A program made the translations under genes and the position numbers. Shown here piece after piece: positions 18,439 through 29,211 of a stretch of DNA of 64,000 bases (position 1 is the stretch's first letter; each line of letters opens with the position of its first letter). The stretch lies in the NCBI GenBank assembly GCA_029982205.1, contig JARRCM010000010.1, positions 2,117 to 66,116 of the forward strand, written 5' to 3'. Source of the stretch: Thermosediminibacterales bacterium (GTDB lineage: Bacteria; Bacillota; Thermosediminibacteria; Koleobacterales; JARRCM01). Under the pieces are notes generated by a model that had not been told where the DNA came from, did not search any database, and saw only the letters and a program-made list of their open reading frames with translations.

Positions 18439-20533
18439 TTTTTTGCTTACCCCTTTCCAAATCTTTAAGTGCTTGGGGATATTCTATACGGGTATGAAAA
18501 ATGCCCATTAGAACTTTTGAAAATGCCCTGGCAATTTTATCAAGGTCCTTTAAGGTAAGGTCACATTCATCTAACTGTCCATCATTTAATTTGTTTTTAA
18601 TAATCTGTCTCACCATTCCTTCTATCCTTCCGGATGTTGGGTTGGAAAGTGACCTTACTGCTGCCTCTACACAATCAGCAAGCATCACAATAGCGGCTTC
18701 CTTAGTCTGGGGAAGAGGGCCTTCATATCTAAAATTTGACTCTTGAACCGAATCAGCCGTGTCCTGCTGTAATGCTTCATGGTAGAAATATGATAAGAGG
18801 GAGGTTCCATGGTGTTGTTGAATTATGTCTATTATAACATCAGGTATTCCGTTCTTCTTAGCTATTTCCACTCCGTCCTTAACATGTGAGGTAATTATTA
18901 GGCTGCTGAGTGAAGGAGTGATTTTATCATGGGGATTTTCCGATGTCAACTGATTCTCGATAAAAAAATACGGTCGTTTAGTTTTTCCAATATCATGATA
19001 ATATGCACCCACTCTGGCAAGCAACGGTTCGCCACCCACCTCTTCTGCAGCTGCTTCTGCCAAATTGCCTACAATAATGGAATGGTGATAGGTCCCTGGC
19101 GCTTCCAGCAACAGTTTTTTTAGTAAGGGCTGATTTGGATTCGAAAGCTCTAAAAGTTTAACAGAAGAAGTGATCCCAAAAGCGTTTTCAAGAAACGGAA
19201 GAGAACCAATGGCTAAAACCGCCGAAAAAACACCGTTAACGATTCCCCACATACTTTGCTTTAATACTTCCAATAATGGCCCATTATCAATCAATCCCAG
19301 ACCAATGATTGTAACCATGTTTGTAAATGCTACCAAAAAACCTGCTCTGGTTAAATCAGACCTTTGATTAACTTTAGTAACTCCATAGATACCGGTAATG
19401 CCTCCAATAATTGCAACGATAACATATTTAAAAACATTACCAGTTATCAAGCCTACCAAAACACTCATTATCAAATTTACCAAAACTGCTGTTCTCGGGT
19501 TTAACAAAATAGCTATCAGCACTGACCCTGCCGCAACGGGAATTAAATAACCTGAAATCTGATACAACCCTTTTCCAATAAGAAGAACCGTAAGTATAAT
19601 AAGACCTAAAAGTGTTATATATCTCCTCTTTTTAAAAAAGCTGCTTGAAAAAAACTTTATATAAATCAACATTAAAGTCATTAACAAGGCTACAAGTATT
19701 ACTGCTCCCAGAACCAAATTAACATAGGCTTTATTATCCTGCGCCACAAGGTTTAAACTTTTCATTATTTCAAGGTTTTCTTCGGTAATTTTATGTCCTT
19801 TCTCAACTATAATCTCGCCTTTAGTTATCATAACCGGTTGAACAGAATTAATAGCCTCTAATTTGCTCTTTTCGGTTGCAGCCTTATCAAATACCATGTT
19901 TGGCTTTATGGTGTTTTTTGCTATTTCCACACCAAGACTCGTCAAGTCTCGGGACATATTGTACTCATAAAACCCGCTTGTTATCAAAGTCTTTGCTTTG
20001 TCTAAAGCATCTTCTTTTATTCCGTTTTCAAGAATCTCTTTTACAAGATTTAAAGTGTTTTTTTCAAGTTCTTTTAAATCCTCAATTTTTGCAGTTAACA
20101 AAGTATATAAGTTTTCATCATTTAGTTTTATATTAATTGATTTTTTTAATTCTTCAAGCCTTTCTTTATCATTAAGGGAATCGTTTTCCCTAATTTCATA
20201 AACCTTTTGAAAAAAATTTTTGAGATTATTCTCTACCTGATCTGTTATTTCCGGGTTTTGGGTATATTTTGTTGGTACCGAGTCTGCTGCGGCTTCCTGC
20301 AGTTTTTTAGTTGCAACTTCATTAATGGCATTCTTTGGCGCCTGTATATCTACAGGAGCAATATCACCTACTTTAAGATTGTATTTTTCAGGAGTTATAC
20401 TTGATACAACTATTACTACTAAAAGAATAAACAGCACTGTTTCTATAATAACAGCATAAAATAGTGAGTTTTTAAAGTATCTTCCTAAAAAGGATTCTGT
20501 CAGCATGTCCCTAATTCTTTCCAAAAAAATCAT
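18392..20533 (-). CDS. pgpH: 7TM-HD membrane phosphohydrolase (YqfF/PgpH family)
   Basis: 713 aa. Extracellular N-terminal domain, seven predicted TM helices and a C-terminal HD domain (HHSIIVGNL..YYHDIGK). Confidence 0.85.
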   Translation of the reverse strand: MIFLERIRDMLTESFLGRYFKNSLFYAVIIETVLFILLVVIVVSSITPEKYNLKVGDIAPVDIQAPKNAINEVATKKLQEAAADSVPTKYTQNPEITDQVENNLKNFFQKVYEIRENDSLNDKERLEELKKSINIKLNDENLYTLLTAKIEDLKELEKNTLNLVKEILENGIKEDALDKAKTLITSGFYEYNMSRDLTSLGVEIAKNTIKPNMVFDKAATEKSKLEAINSVQPVMITKGEIIVEKGHKITEENLEIMKSLNLVAQDNKAYVNLVLGAVILVALLMTLMLIYIKFFSSSFFKKRRYITLLGLIILTVLLIGKGLYQISGYLIPVAAGSVLIAILLNPRTAVLVNLIMSVLVGLITGNVFKYVIVAIIGGITGIYGVTKVNQRSDLTRAGFLVAFTNMVTIIGLGLIDNGPLLEVLKQSMWGIVNGVFSAVLAIGSLPFLENAFGITSSVKLLELSNPNQPLLKKLLLEAPGTYHHSIIVGNLAEAAAEEVGGEPLLARVGAYYHDIGKTKRPYFFIENQLTSENPHDKITPSLSSLIITSHVKDGVEIAKKNGIPDVIIDIIQQHHGTSLLSYFYHEALQQDTADSVQESNFRYEGPLPQTKEAAIVMLADCVEAAVRSLSNPTSGRIEGMVRQIIKNKLNDGQLDECDLTLKDLDKIARAFSKVLMGIFHTRIEYPQALKDLERGKQKNDSNGKKSSNKGRNK

Positions 20534-20547
20534 AAGGATTTACCTCC

Positions 20548-21546
20548 TTAGTTTGGAGGACCGGTCTCCTCCTCTAACTTTTCGAACCTCTCATAAGCCT
20601 TTATAATCTCCTGGACAAGTTTGTGCCTAACTACATCTTTTTCGTTAAAATATACAAATCTAATTCCTTTTATGTCCTTTAGAATACTCTGAACTTCCTC
20701 TAAACCAGAAAACTTCCCCCTGGGAAGGTCAATCTGAGTAATATCTCCTGTTATAACCGCTTTAGATCCAAAACCCAGACGTGTAAGGAACATTTTCATC
20801 TGTTCCGAGGTCGTATTTTGTGCTTCGTCTAGAATTATAAACGAATCATCCAAAGTGCGGCCTCTCATGTACGCAAGGGGTGCCACCTCTATCATGCCGC
20901 GTTCCATATGTTTCTGGAAAGAATCTGCTCCCAAGATATCATAGAGAGCATCATAAAGAGGCCTCAAATAGGGATCTACCTTCTCCTGTAAATCCCCGGG
21001 TAAAAATCCAAGTTTCTCTCCAGCTTCCACAGCCGGTCGGGTTAAAATAATTCTATTTACTTCTTTATTCTTTAATGAGCTCATAGCCATTGCCATAGCC
21101 AGATAAGTTTTACCGGTACCAGCTGGTCCTATGCCAAAAACTATATCATTATCTCTTATTGCATCTACATATATTTTTTGACTCAAAGTCTTAGGTTTGA
21201 TTTGTTTTCCCTGAGCGGTAACACATACCACATCTTGATATAGACTTTTTATTTGGAACTCATTTCCACTTTTAACCAGCTCGACTGCGTACCTGATATC
21301 GTGATAACTTAAACCATACTCATCTTTTGAAACTTCCATCAATTTTTTAAAAAGCCTTTCGGCTTTCCTAACATTTCTCTCATTGCCCAAAATTACTATT
21401 TCACTTCCCCGGGTTACTATTTTAACTTCCATTTCTTTTTCAATAAACTTAAGGTTTTCATCATAATTTCCAAAAAGATTTATTACATTGTTTATACTTT
21501 CGATAGTTATTTTAGCTTCTGACCGAGAGTTCCCCAAACTTAGCAT
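20548..21546 (-). CDS. phoH: PhoH-like ATPase
   Basis: 332 aa. Walker A motif GPAGTGKTYLA, plus FIILDEAQN and ITGDITQIDLP. Confidence 0.94.
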   Translation of the reverse strand: MLSLGNSRSEAKITIESINNVINLFGNYDENLKFIEKEMEVKIVTRGSEIVILGNERNVRKAERLFKKLMEVSKDEYGLSYHDIRYAVELVKSGNEFQIKSLYQDVVCVTAQGKQIKPKTLSQKIYVDAIRDNDIVFGIGPAGTGKTYLAMAMAMSSLKNKEVNRIILTRPAVEAGEKLGFLPGDLQEKVDPYLRPLYDALYDILGADSFQKHMERGMIEVAPLAYMRGRTLDDSFIILDEAQNTTSEQMKMFLTRLGFGSKAVITGDITQIDLPRGKFSGLEEVQSILKDIKGIRFVYFNEKDVVRHKLVQEIIKAYERFEKLEEETGPPN

Positions 21547-21581
21547 AACCTCCTTATTGTTCTTAATAGTTTTTAAATCTT

Positions 21582-22781
21582 CTAACTTTCATTAACAAAA
21601 TTAAGTTCACGTTCGACACCTATTTCTTCCAGTGTCTCAATCAAGACTTTTACTTCCACTAAATTTTCATCTTTTCTAAAATGTTTAACAAAACTTTTAT
21701 CAAGTATTTTGGCATCGGGAGAAAGTTTTTTCATCAACCTCTCCACAGCTATTTTTTTAGCGTTTTCAAAAGCTGCTTCTATCCCAATAAAAACTTTTTT
21801 CTCATTAACTTCAGAATAAGTTTCAATTACTAACTCAATTGGAAACTTTTGTATGAATTTATATGGTATTATCTTCCTTGTTATGGTTTTGTCGTAATGC
21901 TTGAAAGTTATGTTTTGGCTTTTCAGGTTGATAATTTTATCTCCAACTTTAAGTTTATATCCAACTGCATTCCGCCCAGTCGGAAGCCTTTCATACCTAA
22001 CAATGGGAATCTTAACGGTTTCTTCATGCCATATCCTTGCAGTAACCTGTCCCTGGGCATGAACAAAATAGGTTTGTTTATCTTCAAGCTCTATTAAACC
22101 ACTTATCAAAACCTGGCCCTCTCGAACGGTATCACCAGGTTTTACACGAACATCTCCTTTTAAAGGAAGTATCTCTTCTATCACTCCTTTTTTTGCTGCA
22201 ACAATATTACATGGAGTTTGTTCATCAATTTTCGGAGGAACTATTTTTTCAACAATCTTTACCAATACCCGGGAGCCTTTGATATCTATTTCAGCCCAGG
22301 ATATTTTATCATTTTTCAAAAGAAGTTGATTCTCTATATAAGAAGTATTTATTAAAAACTTAAAACGGCCCTCTTTAACACCATATTCAGCTAGCTGTTT
22401 TTCAATATCTTTTACATCAAGACTCTCAAGGCCTGTAATTTCAACTGACAAGATAACATTTGAAAGTACATAAAGTAAAACCAGGAATAGACAGGCTCCG
22501 GCAATAAGCATTTTCCGTTTTTTTATCCGATGAAACGTAAAGGGCAAACCTCTTTTAGAAACCAAAAAAACCCTGCATTTAGTTTTACGAGCAATCGGCT
22601 TTAACTTTTTAAAGTTCATTATGCAAACCTTTGCCTGTATAGAATCTTTATCTATTCGAAAAACATCCCATAAAAAAATGTCTTGGTTTACTGTTATATT
22701 CAGAAATTTTTCTAAGGCTGGCCCTTTGACTTTAATAATAACATATCCGAAAAAATAATTCCATAATTTCATTATCAACAA
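21582..22781 (-). CDS. yqfD: sporulation protein YqfD
   Basis: 399 aa. N-terminus LWNYFFGYVIIKVKG, one central TM segment, and position after yqfC. Confidence 0.85.
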   Translation of the reverse strand: MLIMKLWNYFFGYVIIKVKGPALEKFLNITVNQDIFLWDVFRIDKDSIQAKVCIMNFKKLKPIARKTKCRVFLVSKRGLPFTFHRIKKRKMLIAGACLFLVLLYVLSNVILSVEITGLESLDVKDIEKQLAEYGVKEGRFKFLINTSYIENQLLLKNDKISWAEIDIKGSRVLVKIVEKIVPPKIDEQTPCNIVAAKKGVIEEILPLKGDVRVKPGDTVREGQVLISGLIELEDKQTYFVHAQGQVTARIWHEETVKIPIVRYERLPTGRNAVGYKLKVGDKIINLKSQNITFKHYDKTITRKIIPYKFIQKFPIELVIETYSEVNEKKVFIGIEAAFENAKKIAVERLMKKLSPDAKILDKSFVKHFRKDENLVEVKVLIETLEEIGVERELNFVNES

Positions 22782-22793
22782 GGCAGCCCCTCC

Positions 22794-23060
22794 TTATTTT
22801 TCTAGCTGTATTCCTTTTATACTGCCTTCTACAATTATCTCTTCAAACATTACAGTTTTTATCTTCAGATCTGAACCGGATATTATTATTTCTCCCAAAT
22901 TTGTTTTTATCTTCACCCTTTCACGGTTATATTCAAGAATCCCTCTGTGGTTTTCTATATAAAGTTGGACATCACCAACAAGAGTTATTTTAGGAAGATT
23001 TAAAACAACATCTTTAGGTAGTTCAAGTATATCGGAAATTTTTTCTTTTATTTTTTTCAT
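22794..23060 (-). CDS. yqfC: sporulation protein YqfC
   Basis: The YabP/YqfC-like motif ELPKDVVLNLPKITLVGDVQLYIENHRGILEY. I place the start at the ATG at 23060 (9 nt after GGGAG). The ORF-track start 23084 is also possible. Confidence 0.85.
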   Translation of the reverse strand: MKKIKEKISDILELPKDVVLNLPKITLVGDVQLYIENHRGILEYNRERVKIKTNLGEIIISGSDLKIKTVMFEEIIVEGSIKGIQLEK

Positions 23061-23123
23061 TTTTTTCAACTCCCAGTCACACATTCCTCTTATAAATCTA
23101 TGCCTTGATAAGTTTATTAATTA

Positions 23124-23151
23124 CAAAAAAAAGAACGCCTTACGGCGCTCG
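23124..23151 (-). terminator. rho-independent terminator ending the nfeD-floA operon
   Basis: Minus strand has GAGCGCC-GTAA-GGCGTTC (one mismatch) followed by TTTTTTTT. Confidence 0.7.
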
Positions 23152-23157
23152 TTTTTG

Positions 23158-23541
23158 TTATTTTCGAGATTTAGGCGGTCCGAGAATTTCTGACATTATA
23201 ATCCCTTTAATAAAACTTTCGGTGTCAAAAAAACCTTTAACAGGATTGGACAGAGACTTCTGTTTCTCTTTTTTCTTTTTAACTGCCTTTGGGGGCTCTG
23301 CTTTATCATTTTTTAAAGGTTGATCTGTCTTTAAGGTGTCTTCTGTTTTTAAAGTGTCTTGTTTGATAGTTTTAGATGTATTATTGAAAGTCTTCCGTGG
23401 AATTTCTAAAACCACATCCGGACGTCGGGGCAGTCTTCTGTTTCTATAATCCTTCCTGGTTTTGGCTTTGTTTGCTCGAGACTTTCTTAAAAGAGGAATT
23501 CCTATTATCACCAAAAGAGCTATAACATCTCCTAAATCCAT
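23158..23541 (-). CDS. hypothetical membrane-anchored basic protein (positional analogue of YqfB)
   Basis: 127 aa. N-terminal TM segment (VIALLVIIGIPLL), then an R/K-rich region with repeated TLKT units. It starts 13 nt after the floA stop. Confidence 0.55.
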   Translation of the reverse strand: MDLGDVIALLVIIGIPLLRKSRANKAKTRKDYRNRRLPRRPDVVLEIPRKTFNNTSKTIKQDTLKTEDTLKTDQPLKNDKAEPPKAVKKKKEKQKSLSNPVKGFFDTESFIKGIIMSEILGPPKSRK

Positions 23542-23553
23542 TACATCACTTCC

Positions 23554-24555
23554 TTATTCATCTTTATCATTCATTTTATCAGGACTGTTCCCCTTTGAAC
23601 CCATTTCAGAAATTGATTCTCTCATCCTGGTATCAGCTAAAAGATTTTTTATGTTATAATAATCCATAACACCTATTTTGCCTTCCCTCAAAGCCTGTGC
23701 CATTGCCTTAGGAACTTCAGCTTCAGCTTCCACTACTTTTGCCTTCATTTCCTGGACCGCCGCCTTCATTTCCTGCTCTTTAGCAACAGCCATTGCTCTG
23801 CGTTCTTCCGCTTTGGCTTGAGCAATTCTCTTGTCAGCTTCAGCCTGATCAGTCTGAAGTTGAGCACCAATATTACGACCTACATCCACATCTGCAATAT
23901 CTATAGAAAGTATTTCAAAAGCCGTTCCTGCATCAAGACCTTTGTTCAACACGGTTCTCGATATCTTATCAGGGTTTTCTAATACGTCTTTGTGTGTATC
24001 AGATGAACCGACAGTTGTTACAATACCCTCGCCCACTCTGGCAATAACGGTTTCTTCTCCGGCACCTCCAACTAAACGGTCTATGTTTGCCCTTACAGTT
24101 ACCCTCGCCTTAGCTTTAACTTCAATCCCGTCTTTTGCAACGGCAGCAACAATTGGAGTCTCAATTACCCTGGGGTTTACACTCATCTGAACTGCCTGAA
24201 GTACATCTCTGCCTGCTAAATCTATTGCTGCAGCCCTTTCAAACTCTAAAGGTATTTCTGCCCTTTGAGCAGCAATAAGTGCGTTTACAACCCTATCCAC
24301 ATTTCCTCCTGCAAGGTAATGAGCTTCTAGCTTGTTTACACTTACACCCAACCCGGCTTTTGTAGCCTTTATTAAAGGATTTACAATCTTTGCAGGCGGA
24401 ACACGCCTGAGCCGCATCCCTATAAGAGTAAATATACCTATTTTTACTCCGGCAGCCAGAGCAGAAATCCACAATCCTAAAGGAATAAAGCTGAAAAGAA
24501 TTGTTAATGCTAAAAAAGCAACACTTAATACCACCAAAACAAAAATAATTTCCAT
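23554..24555 (-). CDS. floA: flotillin-like protein FloA (YqfA/UPF0365)
   Basis: 333 aa. N-terminal hairpin TM, SPFH-like core and an A/E-rich coiled coil ([28 protein letters not shown]). Confidence 0.9.
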   Translation of the reverse strand: MEIIFVLVVLSVAFLALTILFSFIPLGLWISALAAGVKIGIFTLIGMRLRRVPPAKIVNPLIKATKAGLGVSVNKLEAHYLAGGNVDRVVNALIAAQRAEIPLEFERAAAIDLAGRDVLQAVQMSVNPRVIETPIVAAVAKDGIEVKAKARVTVRANIDRLVGGAGEETVIARVGEGIVTTVGSSDTHKDVLENPDKISRTVLNKGLDAGTAFEILSIDIADVDVGRNIGAQLQTDQAEADKRIAQAKAEERRAMAVAKEQEMKAAVQEMKAKVVEAEAEVPKAMAQALREGKIGVMDYYNIKNLLADTRMRESISEMGSKGNSPDKMNDKDE

Positions 24556-24575
24556 ACAAACTAACCTCCCTGTTA

Positions 24576-25880
24576 TTATTTTACTTTCTTTACTACAATC
24601 CTCGAAGAATCAATTTTTACAACTTCAATCCTGGTTCCTGCCGGCAGAAATTCACCTTCAGAAACCGCATCTATTCTCTCATTCTCTATTTCCACCGTAC
24701 CTGCTGGGCGTAATGGCGTTATAGCATAACCTTGTTTCCCAAGTATTGCATCTTTTTTTATAGGCGCAGTATATCCCAGATCCTTTTCTTGATTTAATGT
24801 CAAAATCAAACGGCTAAATAACGGTTTTTTTGACAGGTATTTAAAAAATAATGTTACAATTATAATACTTAAAACAAATGAAACTGCTATTGATAAAAAT
24901 GCCTGTTTAACTGAAACAGAAGCTGCAATTATGCTTCCTATAATGCCAGCGATTCCAAGAATACCAAAAATTCCGAAGCCGGGAACAAAAACTTCAATCA
25001 GCAAAAACAATATTCCCAGACCAAAGAAAGCCAAAACTTCCCATCCTGCCAATCCTGCCAACAGATGACCACCAAAAAACATTAAAAATGAAAGAATGCC
25101 TAATGCCCCGGGAATTCCCATACCTGGTGTAAATACCTCTATAGCCAATCCAACAAAACCCAAAGTTAATAAAATAGGGCTTATAAACGGATTTGTAGCA
25201 AAACTAGCAAGCTGTTCTGCTAATGTTTTCTCTATTACTTTAACTGAACTGTTTGAAAGACCATATTCTTCTAAAACTTCAGTTCTGTTCGACAAAACCT
25301 TATCTACAAATGCAAGTTTATGAGCTTGCGAAGCAGTTAAAGAAAGAATTTTGCCCTTTTCTATAACTCCCTCTATTTCTATATCAGCATCAGCCATTGC
25401 AGCCACTAAATTCGGGTCACGGCCTGTCTGCTCTGCAGCGTTTCTAAGCTTAGATGACCAGTAAGAAACATACTTTTCTTCATTAGGCCTTGGCTCTGCT
25501 GCACCTATGGTGCTCCCCGGAGCCATAACTATTACATCTGAAGAAACAGCTATAAGAACCCCTGCTGAAGTAGCTTCTTCAGTTATAAAACAAATAACCG
25601 GAATAGGGCTTTTAAGAATTCTGCTGCTTATATCTACTGCAGCATCTATTCTGCCTCCTGGAGTATTAATTTCAAGGAGAATCGTCCCCGCGCCATTTTT
25701 TTCTGCTTCGTCAAATGCCCTTTCCACAAATTTTTCAAGCCCTAGATCTATTACTCCTTTTATGGGAACTACGACAACAGGGCTTTTAAATTCTAAAGCT
25801 GTTGAAATGTTAAAAACTAAACTAAAAATGATTATCAGCAAAAAAGCGGTCTTAATAAAAATAATCCTGTTTCTCCTCAC
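24576..25880 (-). CDS. NfeD-family membrane-bound serine protease (YqeZ-like)
   Basis: ClpP-like N-terminal domain, multi-TM middle and C-terminal NfeD OB domain. I place the start at GTG 25880, 6 nt after GAGGTG. The ORF-track ATG at 25916 lacks an SD. Confidence 0.85.
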   Translation of the reverse strand: MRRNRIIFIKTAFLLIIIFSLVFNISTALEFKSPVVVVPIKGVIDLGLEKFVERAFDEAEKNGAGTILLEINTPGGRIDAAVDISSRILKSPIPVICFITEEATSAGVLIAVSSDVIVMAPGSTIGAAEPRPNEEKYVSYWSSKLRNAAEQTGRDPNLVAAMADADIEIEGVIEKGKILSLTASQAHKLAFVDKVLSNRTEVLEEYGLSNSSVKVIEKTLAEQLASFATNPFISPILLTLGFVGLAIEVFTPGMGIPGALGILSFLMFFGGHLLAGLAGWEVLAFFGLGILFLLIEVFVPGFGIFGILGIAGIIGSIIAASVSVKQAFLSIAVSFVLSIIIVTLFFKYLSKKPLFSRLILTLNQEKDLGYTAPIKKDAILGKQGYAITPLRPAGTVEIENERIDAVSEGEFLPAGTRIEVVKIDSSRIVVKKVK

Positions 25881-25948
25881 TGCATTCACCTCTAAATATT
25901 TAAAAAAACTTGGCATCTAAAGCCAGATACCAAGTTTTGGTTGTTTTT

Positions 25949-26395
25949 CTAAGCTTCAAGCTGTTGTCTGACAAGTTTATTAACAAGTTTCCCGTCGGCC
26001 CGGCCTCTCAGTTTAGGCATAAGTTCTTTCATGACTTTTCCCATATCCTTGATACTGTTAGCACCGACTTCAAATATGGTTTGACTGACGATTTCAGCAA
26101 TTTCGTCTTCAGTTAGCTGTTTCGGTAGATATTCTAATAGGATTTCTATTTCCTTATTGATTTTATCTACAATATCTTGACGGCCGGCCTTTTTATAATC
26201 CGGCAAAGCATCTTTGCGCTGTTTAACCTCTTTAGACAATACCGCAATAACTTCATCCTCATCCAGTTCTCTAGTTTTTTCTTTCTCGGCATTGACTATT
26301 GCTGCTTTTGCAAGACGTATAACCGAAAGCCGTTCTTTATTTTTTTCTTTCATAGCCTTTATCATGTCTTCCTGGAGCCGTTGTTTAAGGGACAC
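25949..26395 (-). CDS. yqeY: GatB/YqeY domain protein
   Basis: 148 aa. Motifs RLSVIRLAKAAI and KGRADGKLVNKLVRQ. It lies downstream of rpsU. Confidence 0.88.
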   Translation of the reverse strand: MSLKQRLQEDMIKAMKEKNKERLSVIRLAKAAIVNAEKEKTRELDEDEVIAVLSKEVKQRKDALPDYKKAGRQDIVDKINKEIEILLEYLPKQLTEDEIAEIVSQTIFEVGANSIKDMGKVMKELMPKLRGRADGKLVNKLVRQQLEA

Positions 26396-26420
26396 TTATT
26401 ATCCCCCTCCTATATATACT

Positions 26421-26597
26421 TTATCTGTACCTTCTTCTCCTCGCTGCTTCAGACTTCTTTTTACGTCTTACACTGGGTTTTTCATAATGCTCTCTCTTTC
26501 GAACTTCTGAAAGAACTCCAGCCATTTGACATTTTCGTTTAAATCTGCGGAGCGCTTTTTCCAAGGTTTCATTTTCTCCAACTCTAACTTCTGCCAA
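26421..26597 (-). CDS. rpsU: 30S ribosomal protein S21
   Basis: Not in the ORF track (58 aa). The minus strand has TTG at 26597, 8 nt after GGAGGG. It translates to [58 protein letters not shown]. Confidence 0.92.
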   Translation of the reverse strand: MAEVRVGENETLEKALRRFKRKCQMAGVLSEVRKREHYEKPSVRRKKKSEAARRRRYR

Positions 26598-26738
26598 TAC
26601 ATTCTCCCTCCCTCCACTGGAGCAATAAGTCCTCTTCTTCTTCTGCTACTAACAAACTGCAAAGTCGTCTGCTCTGTTTCTTTGTGCAACTTTAATTATA
26701 TAAATATATTTTAAAAAAGTCAACAATTCAAAAAATCC

Positions 26739-27083
26739 TTAACCGGGAGGCCATGTCATGGATCTTCCTCCTAAAAGATGGAAATGTAAATGACCAACCG
26801 TCTGCCCGCCTTCTTTACCACAGTTGTTAACAATCCTAAACCCTTTCTCATTTAATTTCATATCCTCGGCCAGCTTTTTTGCCACTAGAAAGATATGGCT
26901 AATTATATCTGCATTGGATTGAGTTATGTCTAGCAAGGAGGTAAGGTGGTTTTTGGGTATAATAAGAACATGAACAGGCGCCTGAGGGTTTATATCATTA
27001 AACGCCACAACCCTTTCATCTTCATAGATCAGATCAGTTGGTATTTCTTTCCTGGCGATTTTACAAAAGATGCACTCCATCAA
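26739..27083 (-). CDS. HIT-family nucleotide hydrolase
   Basis: 114 aa. N-terminal CIFCKI motif and the histidine triad HLHFHLLGG. Confidence 0.92.
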   Translation of the reverse strand: MMECIFCKIARKEIPTDLIYEDERVVAFNDINPQAPVHVLIIPKNHLTSLLDITQSNADIISHIFLVAKKLAEDMKLNEKGFRIVNNCGKEGGQTVGHLHFHLLGGRSMTWPPG

Positions 27084-27150
27084 CTACACCTCCTCTACTT
27101 TCAGTTTATTGATTTATTCAACAGTTATATGCTAAAATCCTGCCTGTTTT

Positions 27151-28464
27151 TTAAATAAGTTCACCTATTACATGGCTATTTTCAATGCGTTTTATTTTCA
27201 CATTATATATTTCACCTTTTTTTAAGCCTTTGTGTTTTATATAAATCCTGATATAATTATCACTCAAGCCCTCATATTGAGTACCTTCACCTGTATTCAT
27301 TTCCTGTTCAATCAATACCTTAAGAGTCTTTCCTAAAAATCGCTTGTTGTATTCTTTTTCCTGCTCCTGGGCTAGTTTTATAAGTTTATGGCTTCTTTCT
27401 TCTTTTTTTCTTTTCGTTACTTGATTTGGAAAATTCGCCGCTGGTGTCCCTGCCCTTTTTGAGTATTTAAAAACATGTATACGGCTAAAAGTAACATCTT
27501 CAACAAATCTCATTGTTTCATCAAAAAGCTCATCTGTTTCACCCGGAAAACCTACCATAATATCAGTAGATATTGAAACTTCAGGGATTTTGCTCCTAAA
27601 AGCATCTACTATATGTCTAAAATTATCAGGTGTATAACGTCTGTTCATCCATTTCAGTATTTTTTTACTACCGCTCTGTAATGGGATATGGTAATGCCTG
27701 CAAACCTTCTTTATACCTGCCAACCTCTCTATCAAGTCATCTGTAATCTCCATAGGCTCGATAGAGCTTATTCTGATCCTTTCTATTCCTTCAATTTTGC
27801 TAATTTCCTCAACGATGTCTCCAATATCAACATTTTCATCTTTAAGTTCTTTTCCATAGGCACCGAGGTGAACGCCTGTAATTACAACTTCCTTAAACCC
27901 TTGCTTTGCTAGGTTTTCTGCTTCCCTGAAAACATTTTCAGGCCTGCGGCTTCTAATAGGACCTCTAGCATAAGGTATTATACAGTATGTACAGAACTGG
28001 TTACACCCTTCCTGTATCTTCAAAAAGGCACGGGTTTTTTCTTTATATGTATATTCAAATATTTCCTCAAACTCCCTTGCTTTCATAATGTCCTCTACTT
28101 CTAATAAAGGTTTGGTTTTTGTTTTGTCGAGTTTTTCAACTAATTCAACTATTTGATGACGATTTTTACTTCCGATAACTAAATCAACACCGGGAATTTT
28201 CAGTACCCTTTCTGCTGCTATTTGTGAATAACACCCAACAACTGCTATTACAGCATCAGGGTTCATTTTTACGGCACGTCTGATAACTTGCCGTGATTTT
28301 CGCGCCGCCTCTTCTGTTACAGCACACGTATTTATAACATATATATCAGCTGGGCTTTTAAAATCGGATATTTTGTATCCTTGTTTTTTAAAAAGTCCTG
28401 CCATAGCATCGGTTTCATACTGGTTTACTTTACATCCAAGAGTATAGAATGCTACAGTTTTCAA
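27151..28464 (-). CDS. mtaB: tRNA (t6A37) methylthiotransferase MtaB
   Basis: 437 aa. UPF0004 N-terminal domain, radical SAM motif CNQFCTYC and a C-terminal TRAM domain. It occupies the YqeV position. Confidence 0.88.
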   Translation of the reverse strand: MKTVAFYTLGCKVNQYETDAMAGLFKKQGYKISDFKSPADIYVINTCAVTEEAARKSRQVIRRAVKMNPDAVIAVVGCYSQIAAERVLKIPGVDLVIGSKNRHQIVELVEKLDKTKTKPLLEVEDIMKAREFEEIFEYTYKEKTRAFLKIQEGCNQFCTYCIIPYARGPIRSRRPENVFREAENLAKQGFKEVVITGVHLGAYGKELKDENVDIGDIVEEISKIEGIERIRISSIEPMEITDDLIERLAGIKKVCRHYHIPLQSGSKKILKWMNRRYTPDNFRHIVDAFRSKIPEVSISTDIMVGFPGETDELFDETMRFVEDVTFSRIHVFKYSKRAGTPAANFPNQVTKRKKEERSHKLIKLAQEQEKEYNKRFLGKTLKVLIEQEMNTGEGTQYEGLSDNYIRIYIKHKGLKKGEIYNVKIKRIENSHVIGELI

Positions 28465-28467
28465 TGT

Positions 28468-29211
28468 TTATCCTCCTATATCCCCCAATTCATACATCAA
28501 AATTGCTGAAAGGGCTATACCGGCCGTTTCCGTTCTGAGAATCCTGGGCCCAAGTGATACAGGTTGTGCACCCTTCTTCATGGCGAGATCAACCTCATTT
28601 TGGGTAAACCCTCCTTCAGGACCAATAAAAAAACTTATTTTTTTGATACCGGCAGAATTTCTTAAAATTTGCTTTAAGTTGTGTCTCTTTTCTTCTTCCC
28701 ACGGAATTATTGTAAGCGAAAATTCGTTTATCATATTCAAAGCTGATTTAAAGTCCATAACTTGACCAACTTTTGGGATACAAGACCTGTTGCTCTGTTT
28801 AGCTGCTTCACGAGCAATCCGGGACCAGCGCTTTTGACGTTCATGAATTTTTTTCTCATTAAGTTTTACAACTGTTCTCTCTGTAATAACAGGATATATT
28901 GCTTTTATTCCCAATTCTGTAGTTTTTTGTATTACAATATCCATTTTATCGAATTTTGGCAAACTCTGGAACAGCACTACATCTAATAACGGTTCATTTA
29001 CAGTTGTAGTTTTAACTATAATTTCGGCTTTTACACAATCTTTGTTAATTTCTATTATTTCCGCCAAAAAATCTTTACCACAGCCGTCAGATACGGTTAT
29101 TTTTTGCCCTGGTTTCATCCTTAAAACCCTTGATATGTGGTTGGCCTCCGTTCCGGATATAACAACCTGATTATCAAAAAAATCTTTTGGGTTCACGAAA
29201 AACCTTGCCAC
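28468..29211 (-). CDS. rsmE: 16S rRNA (uracil1498-N3)-methyltransferase
   Basis: 247 aa. PUA-like N-terminus and the SPOUT C-terminal motif GPEGGF...LGPRILRTETA. Confidence 0.92.
   Translation of the reverse strand: MARFFVNPKDFFDNQVVISGTEANHISRVLRMKPGQKITVSDGCGKDFLAEIIEINKDCVKAEIIVKTTTVNEPLLDVVLFQSLPKFDKMDIVIQKTTELGIKAIYPVITERTVVKLNEKKIHERQKRWSRIAREAAKQSNRSCIPKVGQVMDFKSALNMINEFSLTIIPWEEEKRHNLKQILRNSAGIKKISFFIGPEGGFTQNEVDLAMKKGAQPVSLGPRILRTETAGIALSAILMYELGDIGG

Noticed and set aside
23085-23124. Possible sigma-E promoter for yqfC-yqfD (GGCATAGATTT on the minus strand)
   Set aside because: It resembles the -10 CATACA-T only loosely, and no convincing -35 element sits at the right spacing.
24293-24559. 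Cys-rich 88-aa ORF overlapping the floA 5' region in another frame
   Set aside because: It is on the same strand as floA but out of frame with it. The floA frame encodes the conserved UPF0365 N-terminus, and there is no independent SD.
26468-26689. 73-aa ORF (MHKETEQ...[14 protein letters not shown]...)
   Set aside because: It overlaps rpsU in another frame. The S21 frame (26421-26597, TTG start after GGAGGG) gives a textbook S21 sequence, so the longer ORF is an artefact.
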